A stretch of DNA of 64,000 nt from Ginglymostoma cirratum. Lineage: Eukaryota. A program made the position numbers and the translations under genes. Of the stretch, positions 48,966 to 62,681 are shown piece by piece (positions within the stretch are counted from its first letter, which is position 1; each line of letters opens with the position of its first letter). The notes beneath the pieces are model-generated. The model did no database searches, was not told the DNA's origin, and was given only the letters and a program-made list of their open reading frames with translations. Location of the stretch: assembly GCA_024137785.1 (NCBI GenBank), contig JAHRHZ010000018.1:31615515-31679514 (forward strand). The letters are read 5' to 3'.

Positions 48966-50511
48966 AAAACTTATGATCAACTTTACTACTATTCGCTTTT
49001 CATTTTCAGATCACCAGCCCATCAGCACAGACTCCAATTTGTCATCAACTAATCCTTTTTTTGGGGGATATGTGAATGTCATTATGACAGGCTACGAATA
49101 AAGCCTTGAATTTCAATGAAACTTGGAATTGAAGATCCTTTAGGAATAGGAAGAAATTCCCAATCCCCAAGATATATCTATGAAGCTTGCGTTTTTCCAA
49201 TTATAGTGACTTTGGGTGACATGACTTGAACTGCATGTAACTACAACAGTATGTTGACTCCAGGATGCATGTACAAGGCTAACTAGCATGTGCGTAGATC
49301 TGGAAAGTCCAATTCCCTTTTTACTGTGAATAAATATCCAACTGCAATAGAAAAGCACATGTTAAATAAAATTAAAATACTAACTGCTTGAAGAACTCCT
49401 TTACAGTGATATTTATGTTTAAATTCAGAAAAAAATACAGTGTTCAAATCCAAAACAGAAAGCCACTTTTGCTTTACTTTACTAGAAAACTTTTTAAAAA
49501 ATATTATCGATGCACAATGCCATTAGAGTCAGAACCATGATCGAACACACCGCTCCCTCCAAGCAAGATTTCTTTTAATATGAGCAGATGTGACATTTAC
49601 ATAAACACTTCACCTTTTTGTATATTTGGCGGCAGTTCCTAAACAAAAGAGTTACTGTGTGGAGTAAACCGCAGACACACCCTGTGAGAGTTAATCAGAC
49701 AGCCAAGCCAGTACCAAAGACACATTCTTTAAAAAAATGCCATAAAGGAAATGCATGGCTTGAAGAAAAAAGCTCCCTTCTGTTTTTACTGGAACTTTTC
49801 ATCAGCACTGTAATCCCCGAGTGGTTTGGAGTTCTGTGCCAAGCAGTTACTTCACCCCCTGCACTGTTGGTCCTTTTTCCAACCTTTCAGTCAATGTCTG
49901 AACTTATAATAAACAAAGGACTGCTGAAAGTTAGTCCACTGTGGGAAAATGGGAGGATACAACAAGTTTTGGCCACTATTGTTACTTTGTAACTTAATAC
50001 CTAGCATTTTATTCGAAAAAATGTCTTAGAATTTGTAGCGTTTCTTGTATGCCCGTGGGGATCATGCAATGACTTCCAGCAGGATTTTCCAGTATGAAAG
50101 GGAAAGTCACTCAAGGCAGAAATAATAGAGGAGTTATTTTTGAAGAAAAAGAATAAGTAAAATGTTTTGTGATTGGAATGAATATAACTTTTATTCTGCA
50201 GCATGCAGGCACATTTACTAACAGGTAATGGTGACAAGATACACTCAATGGATAAGAGGTTTGCTGGTGTACTGTGAGAATTGTGAAAACTGCAATAAAT
50301 TTTTAAAAAAACACATCGTGATGTGTAAATAATAATAACCACAGGCTGAGCTATTTAATCTCACCTCAAAACTAAGAGATTGCAAGGTTAGCTAATTCCT
50401 TTGTTTGTAGGTTCACTGTGCAGATTTGGTTTGAAACAGGAGATAGGGTGATATGGGGAGAACGAATCCTGAGTTGACATACTGGGATAAAAAAGGTGAT
50501 AAGAAATTGGC

Positions 50512-50597
50512 AAGAGTTTAGGCCCGAAACGTCAAGTTTTCCTGCTCCTATGATGCTGCTTGACCTGCTGTGTTCATCCAGCCCCATGCTTGTTATC
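50512..50597 (+). mobile_element. Penelope-like pLTR end (family A), tail-less, with its own TSD
   Basis: TAGGCCCGAAACGTCAAGTTTTCC...CCCCATGCTTGTTATC. 13-bp direct repeat ATAAGAAATTGGC at 50499-50511 and 50598-50610. Confidence 0.9.
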
Positions 50598-50705
50598 ATA
50601 AGAAATTGGCTGCCTCTTTTACATCTTTCACATTTTTTATTTTAATTGATGTGAACAATAAACAGTGTAAATGTAAATAGGCCGTGTGATGAAATTGTCG
50701 ATTTG

Positions 50706-51640
50706 GGCTGGATTTTCCCCTTTGCAGTGAAAGTGTGATGGCAAGTGACTATCATGGCATCCAATCCATCATGGCCTGGGGTGGATTTTCTCATGCAAAC
50801 TTCCACTTTCCAACTCACTATTTAGCCAGCTGAGCTTTTCAGTGGAATTATCAGGGAACTGCATCGCCAGAGAGGCATTAGCTCTTGCCAATTGTGAGAA
50901 CTCGTGGCTTACATGCCTTGGGGATCATATATAAAACCCATGTACACGCCACACAGATACAGCAAAACTGGATGTATCACCCAAACTGTGATGATCGAAC
51001 CTGAAGCTTAAAAATGCTGCAGAAGAAAAGCAAGCTGGCTCCCCACTATCGGGACAAGAATTGGGAGGTATTGGTGGATGGGACGATAGCGACAAGTGCA
51101 GCCTTCTTCTTTGTTGAATGTATAAGGACGCCATACCACCAGACCCTGTCAGCCTCAACCCAAAAAGCACCATGGATAAGTGCTGTGCCCCACATCACAC
51201 TGGACACCTAGCAATGCCACAAGAAGGTCACTGATGTCCTGCAAGGGCAACTGGTACCAGCTTCTCTCTGCTACCCACACAGCTAGTCTCACTCTAATTC
51301 TGTACGTAAATCTCAGTAATGCACAACTCTCTTCACTTGCATGCATCTCATCCACTCAATATTTCTCACCCTACGTATCCCCCCCGACCACTAATAATTA
51401 CTGCCCTCACTGACATGGAGGAGGAGCGATAGGCAGTACCCCAGATCGTCTTAGGATGCTCCAGAACTGTTCAGCACCTCTACTTGTCCCTGCCTGAGAT
51501 CTCAAAGCCTGCAGCAGTACAAGCTGAGAAGGGTGAGCCCAAGTCTTCCAAGCCAACAGGGCTAACCACAGCACTGGCTTCCTCAGACCCAGCTGGTGAA
51601 GTTGGGTGTGCATTTAGACATATTGGGAGGACAAGGAAGA
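50706..51640 (+). mobile_element. Decayed Harbinger-type element end with Myb/SANT relic (51014-51260)
   Basis: Starts GGGCTGGATTTTC (putative TIR). Translation KLAPHYRDKNWEVLVDG...YHQTLSA...ISAV...*QCHKKVTDVL. Confidence 0.6.
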
Positions 51641-51714
51641 AGAAAATTTGGGAAGAGGTGATGGTTTAGTGGTATTATCACTGGATTATTAATCCAGAAA
51701 CTCACCTAATGCTT

Positions 51715-52058
51715 GGGTGGTGCAGTGGTACAGCGGTTAGCACAGCTGCCTCACAGTGCCAGAGACTTGGGTTTACTTCTAACCTCATACAACTATCTGT
51801 GTGGAGTTTGCACGTTTTCCCCATGTCTACGTGGGTTTCTTCTGGGTATTCCGGTTTCCTCCCATAGTTTAAAGATGGATAAATTAAGTTGGTTGGCCAT
51901 GTTAACTTGCCCCATAGTGTCTAGGGATGTGAGAGGTAGGTGAGTTAGTCACACCAAATGTGGGGTTATGGGGTCTGCTATCTGTGTGGGATGCTCTTTG
52001 GAAGACTGGTGCAGATTTGATGGGCCAAATGGCCTCTACCTGTACTGTAGCGATTTTA
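51715..52058 (+). mobile_element. HE1-type V-SINE, preceded by a 5' stub of another tRNA-head SINE (about 51655-51714)
   Basis: Head, V-domain and tail as in the other HE1 copies. Confidence 0.85.
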
Positions 52059-52436
52059 TACTGTGTACATCTGTATTAGGTGTGCAATGTCATTATTAAT
52101 AAGCTTTTACTTTTGTAAATATGTTTTATATACTGTTAAATTGGCTTATGAGGTACAAACTTTGGAAGAAAATATGTTGTAATGGCTAAGCATTGCTCAA
52201 CTCTCACAAGGAACCAATGTTTGACTGCAGATAGCCTCAAACATCAGGAATCCTTAGCTGTGACCTTGAAGACCACAGCCAAGGTCTCAATGCGGACGAC
52301 ACAAAGCAAAACACAATGTGCAAGGAATGTCCTGGCCTGCGTACATTATTCCATTTTTACACCCAATTGAGTCAGTGTATGGAATCAGTGATGATTAAAT
52401 ACATCTTTGCAGAGAAGTATTCACTCTATGTATTAG

Positions 52437-53974
52437 TTTTTCAAAGGAGATAGCTGAAGAGATAGTGGATGCATTAGTGGTGATCTTTCAGGAATCGCTA
52501 GAGTTAGGAAGGGTCCCAGAGGACTGGAAAATTGCTAACATGATACCTCTGTTTAAAGAGGGAGTAAGGCAAAAGATGGAAAATTACAGGCTGATTAGCC
52601 TAACCTCGGTCGTGGGTAAGATTTTGGAGTCCTTTGTGAAGGATGAGATTTCTCAATTCTTAGAAGTTCACAGTAAAATCGGGCAAAGTCAGCACGGCTT
52701 CATCAAGGGGAAGTCATGCCTGACAAATCTGTTAGAATTCTTTGAGGAAGTAATGATCAGGTTAGACCAGGGACAGCCAATGGATGCTATCTACCTGAAT
52801 TCAAGAAGGTCTTTGACAAGGTACTGCACAGGAGGCGGCTGAGTATGGTAAGGGCCCATGGTGTTAGAGGCAAGGTGCTAGCTTGGATAGGAGATTGGCT
52901 GTCTGGCATAAAGCAGAGAGTGGGGTTAAAAGGGCCTTTCTCAGGATAACAGCCGATGACAAGTGGGGTTCTGCAAGGGTCAGTGTTGGGACCACACCTT
53001 TATATATTAATGATCTAGATGAAGGAACTGAGGGCATTCTGGCTGTTAGCAGACAACACAAAGATAGGTAGAGGTACAGGTAGTACTGAAAATGTGGGGA
53101 GGCTGCAGAAGGATTTGGACAGGTCAGGAAAGTGGGCAAAGAAGTGGCAGAAGGAGTAAACATGGGCAAGTGTGAGGTCATGCACTTTGGTAAGGAGAAT
53201 AGAAGCATGGACTATTTTCTAAATGGAGAGAAAATTCAGATGTCTGAAGTGCAAAGAGACTTGGGAGTTCTAGCCCAGGATTATCTCAAGGTAAACTTGC
53301 AGGTTGAGTCAGTGGTTAGGAAGGCTAATGCAACTATGGCATTTATTTTTAGAGGACTTGAATATAAAAGCAGGAATGTACTTCTGAGGCTCTATAAGGC
53401 TCTGGTCAGGCCACATTTGAAGTATTGTGCGCAGTTTTGGGCCCCATATCTCAGGAAAGATGTATTGTCCCTGGAGTGGGTTCAGAGGAGGCTCATGAGA
53501 ATGGTGCCAGGAATGAAAAGCTTAACATATGAGGAATGTCTGAGGACTCTGTGTCTATACTCGATAGAGGTTAGAAGTATGAGCAGGGATCTAATTGAAA
53601 CTTACAGAATACTGAATGGCCTGGACAGAGTGGATGTTGGGAAGATGGTTCCATTGATAGGAGACACTAGGACCCAAAGGCACAGCCTTAGAGTCAAGGG
53701 AAGACCTTTTAGAACGGAGATAAGGAGAAGCTTCTTCAGCTACACAGTGGTGAATCTATGGAATTCACTACCACAGAAGGCTGCAGAAGCCAGATCATTG
53801 AGTACATTTAAGACGGAGATAGATAGGTTCTTGATTGTCAAGGGGTTCAAGAGTGACAGAGAGAAAGCGGGAGAATGGGGTTTTGAGAAACCTATCAGCC
53901 ATGATTGAATGGCGGAGCAGACTTGATGGGCTGAATGGCCTAATTTCTGCTCCTATGTCTTATGGTCTTATGGT
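52437..53974 (+). mobile_element. CR1 LINE, RT to 3' end, frameshifted
   Basis: VPEDWKIAN..PLFK..NYRLISLTSVVGKILE..QHGF.KGKSCLTNLLEFFEE; KCEVMHFG..VRPHLKYCAQFWAP..VVNLWNSLP; tail (TCTTATGG)n. Confidence 0.92.
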
Positions 53975-56389
53975 TCAAGGTTCGGACATGTACAATGGAC
54001 AGTCATACGTCCAATCTCCCTTTGGTACAATATTCACGAAGGTAAGCTGCTCAAAAATGCTTCCCATTGCAACTTCCTTGCTGCCCTAAATGATTCTTGA
54101 CGTTTGCAAGGCAGCTTAGCAAACTATGTAGACACTGAATCAAACAAGGTTTCTGATAATGGAAGGGTCTAAAGGAAATTCTTCAGGATTCCTACCAACT
54201 TAGTGACTATCATAATGGACTTCCCTATGCAGCTTTTAGATAGTCTTTTCTGACATGTCATAAAAGCTATCTAACCTTAGTTTACTAACATCCCATGATG
54301 CTAACTTACTGCCTGCTGCTTTATCCTTAATGATCAGGGAGGTTATGTCATGTGCAGATATTTTAAAATAAGATTGGCCAAAGAAATCTTGCATACAATC
54401 ATTTGGATAATGAGAAATTTATTCAGCCTCACAGAATGTCAAGAACTGAAAAATAACGAGGTGTTCTTTGCACTAAGCAGATGCTGCTGCCAGATTAGGA
54501 CCAAAGTATCAGGCAATTAAATGAAGTCCCCACACCCATTCATTCTGGGACGGATGGCTGTTAAGTTCGACCTGGTCTCTCACATTCTGTAGTGAACTGC
54601 TCCGTCATGCTGTCAACGTTCTGTTTCTCTCCCTCAGAAGATTGCTATCAATCCCCCATTTTAGTCTGCAGCCAGGATATCTCCCATTTGTCACCTCCAG
54701 ATATGAAGGGTATGGTTTGCCATGTTGATGTGGGATGCACTTTGTGGGTTATACATTTTATCCTCATTCTGCACCAGTTTGAGTGATTCTCAAAGGTGTC
54801 ACAAGCCATGTTAGGAGTGGGTAGCTCTTGTCCTCTTTGAAGGGGGCAGGACCCTGTGAGTTCTCTAGTATGTAAGAGTCATGCAAGCCCCCAGGATGAC
54901 TGGTGCAAACTTCCATAATTTGCCATCAGGGTTCAAATATAATTTTCTGTTAACAATCTCTGTAAGTTGGTGATAGGATGCACACAAAGCAATACAGGCC
55001 CAGTTGGCTGTGCCTTGCACCTGTGGGAAGCCACCAATGGTGCAGAATCCCAGTGATTACGCTGCTTGAGTCTCCTCATTTTGAGGGAAGGATATGAAGA
55101 GATGTGTTCTGGATAACATGGGATCAGAAACAAAGATATATTTATATTTTGAAGATTGGAAGATTCCACACAGTTCCTCGTTGTTCCTTAAGACGAGCTG
55201 CTGGCATAAAAATATTTAACACAGTTGTGACCTTGACAGCCTCAAGATGGGATTGCCACCTAGTTCTTCTGAGTGCAAGTCCTCCTGCAGTAGATCCCAA
55301 TGTTCAGTGATATTCGGGCAGGACATATGTAATTGGTACTGGCACTGTCTTTCAGACAGTTGAAAAAAATGACAGCAAGGTCCATACATCCACTGAAGAA
55401 CCTCGTCATGGCTCTTCATCTGCTGCTCCTTCTTCTGGAGCCTGTGTAGCAGCTACTGCAGTTGCTGTTCTTGCTGATGACGTTCTAACCACTGTCTCCT
55501 TCTGTGCTACTTTATGATTTGCACTAATGCCACATTGACTTCAGAGACCACATTCTCCACGAGTAGATCATCTATGGGAAATGTCAAAAAGTTAACACAA
55601 TTTTATTAAAGGAACTACTGAGCCCTCACATCCATCACAATGAAGCCTCATGTTATGCCCTCACACAGTGTGGCATGGAGGCTTCCAAATTGTTATACCT
55701 CCAAACCGGGATATATGATCTTATCCGATTGTACATTGCAAAACCAAAGGTTATGGGCTACATTGGAACTAAATTCGGCCAGTAAGCAACCGTGATAGCA
55801 TCCCTGAAGTAAAGGCCCCTTCCACATCACAGACAAAATCATTCCATGTAATGGTTAAGATTTGCATGAGGCTATAATTCTAATTCTGCGTTCTGGGACA
55901 ATTAATCGTGTTAATTAAACATAAATTGAAGACAGACGGATGACAATGAAGGCACAATTTGTACAATTGCTAGAAGGGGCAATTACATCATCACCGAAGA
56001 GATAAAAAAGCAGTAATACATTCCATGTGCTTTGCACCTAATGGGACCTGCTTTCTGAGGGCTATGTGCAGATGACTTTCAATCTGACATGGTGAGATTC
56101 CCAATTCATGTTTGTGTGAGTGACTTGGAGGCTTTGCCTATGATGCACAGATTTCCCCTCGTCCCTCATGTTTCCTTTAGTGTTGCAGTTCTTGTGTCCC
56201 TGATGATCTTTTAGCTTCCCCCATTTCAATTGAGACCCTTTACTCAAAGTATTAATGTGCCCCCCACTTAACACCCATAGCTGTGACTTTGGAAATTCCT
56301 ATGCCCATGTTGGCTCAACACCCTCACCACATCGAGCCCAGGGTTACCAGGACCTGTATGAATACCACCTTCCCTTCTGATGCTCCCAA

Positions 56390-56900
56390 TTCCCACCACC
56401 ACCCCTCCCCAAAATTTTCACAATGACATCCCACTTTACTAACTATAATTGTCTCCCGTACCATTGGACATTTCTTCAGAGACTCAGTGCCTTTAAGACC
56501 ATGCCCAGGCTTGTTTTCCCAGGCCTCAATGGACTGCCCAATAAATCCCCTAACATTATTGACCAAACTCCCATGACTGTCCATGACCCACCCCTGGATT
56601 GACTTGACAGGACAGACCTGACTGACCACAGCCAACCGTGAGACTGATGTCTCAGCAGCACTGTTACTGACCTACCTATAAATCCCAGACTGCTTGCATT
56701 TGATTGTAGCACTAAGAACACAAATCCTGGACTCATGTAGGACAAAGTGGCTGAATGACTGAGACCAGACACCCTGTGAGTTGGAAAAGGATACAGAGGC
56801 ACACTCCATGTTTGAAGTTCTGCAGTTAGTTGTGCTGTTAAGTAGATTCCATGTAGGGAACTCAGTAAGGACAGTTGGACTGCTCTGCACTGTCAGAACT
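56390..56900 (-). pseudogene. Very degenerate Harbinger transposase relic
   Basis: FSNSQGVWSQS (compare F.NRKGFHSLN) and SHG..VRGFIGQSIE..SLKKCP..IIV..CHCEN (compare SH..TR..IEQTIG..LQY.P..IIV.CC.LHN) in the correct order. Confidence 0.35.
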
Positions 56901-58817
56901 CAGGAAAAAAATCGTAGGAATCCTGGGGCAGCTGTATGTTGGAATCAGGGCTGAGAAGAAGTCTTGGGATGTTGGGTAATTGGGAATGCCACAGGCTCTG
57001 TGTTGGGGGAGACTGTAAGGGGCTTAAAAAAACTATGTGAGCATTAAGACTTCTGTAAAGCTGAGAAAGTAAAGGCTGAAAAGCTCGCTGGTAGCTTTTA
57101 CTTGATACAACTGAGCAAGATTGGAGGTCCTGAAAAAGTCCTTGGGGAAAGACTGGCTTGGTAAAGGGAGCTGTTGGTGAAAAGCTGGAACTATGCTTAT
57201 GAGTGTGTGCTGGAAAGCAGTTTGGATTCCACTGAAGCGTAGATCCAAAAAAGGAGAGAGAATGACCAGGACAGGAGCAGACACTGTGTCTGTCCCACAC
57301 ATAGCATTACAATCCCAACAGATGGCAATACCGGACAAGTCAGATGACAGAATGAAACCTGACTTGGGAAATCATACGTTTTCTTTTCTACAGTTGGCAA
57401 GCATCGTTGTTAGTCATTGACAGATTAATACACATGAGGCTGCAGATATTCTTTATCGATAGATCATAAGTTCCACAAAAGAAGAGTAAAAACAGTTATA
57501 TATATAACATTAGAAAGTTCTTAATATAGATGTCAAAATCAAGTTTCAACCTATTTTGCAATACGCTCTTTCTTCAGTTTCATTTCCTTGAAATGCAGAG
57601 ACAGTTTTACAATTCCTTTCCTACTCAGTGGGCCGGAACGTCTCTCAATTTTGATGGCATAATCTTTGCTAGTTTTAACAACTTGGAGACTCAGGCACAA
57701 GCTCTCATGACTTGGAAACACCAAAAACTGGAAACCACTTCTGCTGAAATCTCTGGTTCTGATGAACTGACTTTAGTTTCCTGTACAGAGCAATTGTTCT
57801 AACTTCTTAACTGAATTCTAGATTCTCCTGAACTAAAAGTTTGAACTTTGTTCTGTAGTCTAAATACTAGGCTACTTGCCTTAATGTGTTTATTCTATCT
57901 GTCAAAAGGACAATAGTATAAACATCTCATACTTTGACAATACCAAGACATATGCCTACTGTGAAATACTTTTTTAAAAACTTACCTTCACAGAACTGAA
58001 AATACGCAAGCGTCTTTTTTTAAAAATCCTAATTCTAACAATGATGATAATATATGATTCTTCTTTATCGCAGAAGAAAATCGTGAGAGGGAATTTCAAG
58101 TTCAGATTGGCAAAAAAGAAGAACTGTGATCTTTTGTGAAGATTAATGAGATTTGATGACCTGCTGTGTCATTAACATCTGGAGGGAATTGTTGAGAAAT
58201 CCATGGTTTTCCATCTTGATTGCATTTGCTATTTGATGTGCACTATGGGGTGTTTGGTCACAGTCTACTATCGATTAACCACATATTAATTCTGGATGTT
58301 ACCAATAAACTGTACATATATTATAGATTTTATTACTGTTCTAACACAGTGTAGTAAAGTTTACTGTTGTTTATTCAAAACCTTGGTGTCTTGTGGCTTA
58401 ATTCTTTAGTAAGTCTCATGGATCACATATTTTCTCTGCTTTAAAAAACAAGTTACTGCTCCCAGCCAAATTGCAACATACTTTGGCAGTCTGGGGCGAG
58501 ATCATAACAGCTGTTGAGTTGATACCATCAATTTTACACAATTGTGTAAAATCAAAATCTCTCCCAGAAAAGTCCAACTTTATAGGAATAGCTATATCAA
58601 ATCTGCATCTCATAAAAGATTTTTGCTACCACATTAAAGGGAAGCATTCTCCATTACAGGTCTTATTTCTTCCTTTTTGATCTTGTGGGAAAAGAATGTG
58701 GTGCTCCTGGTCCAGGGATAAGGAATGAGGACTGGTCACCATTTAACTGTAAAACTGCTTGCAATGCAAGGGATGAGGCGAACAAAGAATACATGATGTC
58801 GTCCAGAAGTCCAGATT

Positions 58818-59125
58818 GGGGCAGCACAGTGGCACATTGGTTAACACTGCTGCCTCACAACTCCAGGGACCCGGGTTTATTTCCAGCCTCGGGCAACTGT
58901 CTGTATGGAATTTGCACATTCTCACTGTGTCTGCATGGGTTTGCTCTGGTTTCCTCCAACAGCCCAAAGATGTGCCAGTTAGGTGGATTGGCCATGCTAA
59001 ATAGTGTCTAGGGTGGGAAATGCAGGGATAGGGTAAGGGGTGGGTCTGGGTGGAATGCTTTTTGGAGGGTTGGTGTGGACTCAATGGGCTGAATAGCCTG
59101 CTTCCACACTGTAGGGATTCTATGA
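58818..59125 (+). mobile_element. HE1-type V-SINE
   Basis: Full head, V-domain and GTAGGGATTCTATG end. Confidence 0.9.
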
Positions 59126-61030
59126 AGTCATGGAAGTAAATATGCAAGAGGCTACAGGACGATTTTGGAATACTCTATATTTGTGTAAATAAAAAGTGTG
59201 CATGGTGCGTTAAGTTCACTCTCAACCTGATGTACATTCACAGAGGCAACATATGAAAGTATTTGAGCAACCTTTTAGTTCTTTCTCACACGTGCATGCA
59301 TTTCAATAGGGCAGGTTAGGCTTTCCAGTTGGCACTGAACTAAGTTCCTTCTCTCACCAAACAAAAAACAAATGCTTCAAGCTATACCCACAATGCATTT
59401 TTCTTAGACAACATATGCTGTATGCTTATTGACTCATGCACAAATTGAAACATGGGGTGGATTTTATTGCCCCCTGGGAGAGGGTGTCAGGAGGCCCAGC
59501 AGCCATGTGCCAACAAGGGCTCTTCAGTGTTAAATCAGTGGTGTTGATGGGACAAGAGAAATGCCAGTTGTTTGATTGGCTAGCAGGTTGCAAATGCAAG
59601 GACTTCATTCCCAAACTAGGATGAAGGGATGCTGTGGACAGATGGTGTGGGTGCTCGGCTGGTGAGGGTAGAGACATGAATAGAGTTACTTATTAAACAA
59701 TTGTGGAGTGAGCTGGCCAAGCAGGGGCAGGCTTACCCCTAACATTTACACCAGGGCAGGTTGACGCAAAGCTGAACAAAAAAAATCTAACCCATGGGAT
59801 GGGGTATCACTTCATCTTCTCTTCAGATTCTAGTGCCCATTTCCTTTGCGTTTTCTTACAGGGAAAGCCAGACATATGAGTCTGCCCGCAGATGTACCAC
59901 AAATTTCCCAGCACCCTGTCTGTAAATCACAAAAAGGCATCCACATTAGGAATTCTGGGTTTGTAGTTCATTGAGGTAGCATAGTAGGGTTCATGGTAGA
60001 GGTCTTCCTCGTTTGAGCTAATACATCTTTTAATTTTTATTCTTTCTGAATTCACTTACTCTGAATGTCATCATGCACACTCTGCTTGAAGAAGTATTTT
60101 GCTGCCAGCATTCTAACATATGTTCTTTCTGTTTACATAGGCAGCCAGGAAGGCCCAGAAGCAGATGGCAGTGATGAGACCAACACCTCTCATCATCCTG
60201 CGTTACTTATTCCAACTGCTACAACTATCAGCACATGTACTTGCAATCTGTGAGATTTCAGTAATGGATTTTAGGGATGAGCACCAGGTAAAACAATGAC
60301 CATGAGTAAGTGGAAGCAGGTGGACTGGAATGAGCTGGATGGAAAGAAGAAAAACTCACACCCTAACAAATGATCCATTTAAGAACTTGTCTTCTGTCTC
60401 TCTCTCGATCCCCTCTCCAGAATTGGGGAAATTTAACTGAGACAACACCATGCAACTGGTCAATCCTGATCCTACTGTAAATGACCTCATCCTCACTGCC
60501 AATAAAACTGCGTCCAATTCTTCTTTGTCCTATCTTGGAAAAGCAAATTCTCTTATAATCCTAATTATTCCTCTACCTGATATTAGATAATACACGCCAG
60601 GAATAAAAGCTGCAAACTTATTAGTTTGTATTGCTCACTGTTTTACTAAGTCACTGCAGAACATACATCACACACAAAAAGACATTGTTGATTGCAGTAA
60701 CAATTCTTTAATTGTGAAAGAATATACCTTTTCGGATCAAGTAGAGCACTGAGTTCCTATATACCAACAAAGGTAAGATCTATTGGTCACTGTAGTAGTG
60801 GTGGAGAAAAAAAGAATGTACATAATAGATAATAATTTGTTATGGCAGGCCATCTAATGATGTCTGTTGTTAATTAGTCATGCCCTTGTACATTAAGTTT
60901 TTACAAGGTATGTTGCTAAAAGTGCAAAATTCTAATGTCACAGCAAGGGAAATTGGGTATCTGGAACTTGTGCCAACAATGCAAACAACTGTATATTTCA
61001 GATTGAAGGATTATGACACTAAACGCATTT

Positions 61031-61110
61031 TGGACTCAAAGCACTAAGTCTCTTTCTCCGTCCGCAGATGCTACCAGACCTGCTGAGTTTCTTTGGCACT
61101 TTCTATTTTT
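61031..61110 (+). mobile_element. Degenerate Penelope-like pLTR end (family B)
   Basis: GCAGATGCTACCAGACCTGCTGAGTTTCTTTGGCACTTTCTATTTTT. Confidence 0.6.
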
Positions 61111-62592
61111 AAACTCAAAATCAAATCAATTTCAGAAACAGAATTAAAAAGAGTGTTAGAATGGTTGGACTAGGAGAGAGAAGAAAAGGAGGCAAAAAAG
61201 AAAAGTTGTAAAAACATGGAATGTGAAATTTTACATTTTAAAAATAGCTATCAATTAAAAGCTAAAGGAATGAGGCTCCACACTTGTAATAGTCCATTTT
61301 CAGTGACATTGGAATTGATCGGCAGAAATTATCATTTAGCATTCTATTGAAGGACACTTGGATTTGAAATGATAAGGCTTAATTTTCTTAGGTACCTTTA
61401 GTTAATTTTTGCTGTGTAAATGTTATAATTTCACACCATTCTATGTTTTTAAATGGTAAGGCAGACATTTTCTAGTCTTGGCTTGACTTGACTAGTCGTC
61501 AAGTGGTTCAACTCAAGAAAGCAATTTTTAGATATTCACATTTAGTTGCACATCAGCATCTCACCTGAAGTTGCTGTACCAATTACTCACAATTGATAGG
61601 AACAATCGTTCCACATATTTTTTACAGTAAATGCTGATGTAATAAAACCAGTCATGACATCTGAGTGGAATTGTAGTTTCTTTCTACATAAACTAAGATC
61701 TTAAAATCTTGCATCTTCAGGGAACCAGGCATGTTTTGTGTCGAAAGAGAAAGAAGCTTTTAGACAGGACATATATAAGGAATTTTCAACATTCTAAACT
61801 AGAGTAATGTGTCAATTCCTCTACGATAGATTTTTCAATTAATTCAGATCTCTAGACCTAGTCACAGACACTTTTGATAGGCTATGAGAAGTAATATTAT
61901 CACTCGTTTCACAGAATTCACAGTTCTTTGTCATTAGTGGCACTCGAACATCTAAAATTTACATAAATACTAACAAGTGAACCAGATATTTGTATTTGCT
62001 CATGTTTCTCCTAAATTAACTGTAGATATAATGCTTCAAAGGAATGTTATACTTGTTATGTATTAAGTGTTGAATTATGTCTAAAAATATACGCACATTT
62101 TCAACTGGAGGGGAAGTGGGACATTGCAGTCAGTTTCAGCATTTTCAAGTTGTCAACCTTTAAAAGCACGGAAGTTTACTGATCATTATTAAATGGTCAC
62201 GTTCCTCAATCCAACAACTAATGAGCATAGTGTTTTTATGTAGACTCATTATTAGTCTCAATTGTGTGTACATTGTATGATAATATATAAAGTAATGGTT
62301 CTAAAAGGGTTAAAGTTGGAGACTGCATTAAGATTCACCCAGTCTGTTTATGTCACACAGTCTTGGTGTGGGAGATGAGGGATCGACCATGAAATTTTTG
62401 AAGAAACAGATGTGTCATCATCGTCTCCTAATTATCTTAGTTATGATGCCCAATTAGCTCATGTAACTTGTACCTATTGCTAATGCATTAAATTAAGACA
62501 CAAGCTTCTTCTCATTAAAACATGTCAGTGGTTTACGTTCTGCCACCGTTAACCAAACAGATTCTTAATCTCAGTATAATAAGGAGGAGCCT

Positions 62593-62674
62593 CTAGTAAT
62601 GGCCAAATGGTTAAGGTGATGGATTTGAAGTCCACAGTGTTCTCCCCACACAGCTTCAAATCCTGCCAGTTAGA
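62593..62674 (+). pseudogene. tRNA-Ser(TGA) pseudogene
   Basis: 82 nt, colinear with vertebrate tRNA-Ser as I recall it (TGGCC.A.TGGTTAAGG.GATGGA.TTGAA.TCCA...TTC.AATCCTGCC). Anticodon TGA at 62626-62628. CpG-type decay breaks the acceptor stem and T-loop. Confidence 0.75.
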
Positions 62675-62681
62675 GTTGTGA

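Noticed and set aside
60141-60305. Candidate exon GSQEGPEADGSDETNT...
   Set aside because: It stops in frame before the donor. More likely a decayed transposon-derived segment, and it cannot be assigned.
60660-60772. Candidate exon ending at AAG/GTAAGA
   Set aside because: No open frame from either plausible acceptor, and no recognisable protein similarity.
62593-62674. Functional tRNA-Ser gene
   Set aside because: The acceptor stem has mismatches, the B-box GGTTCGA is changed to GCTTCAA, and there is no T-run terminator.
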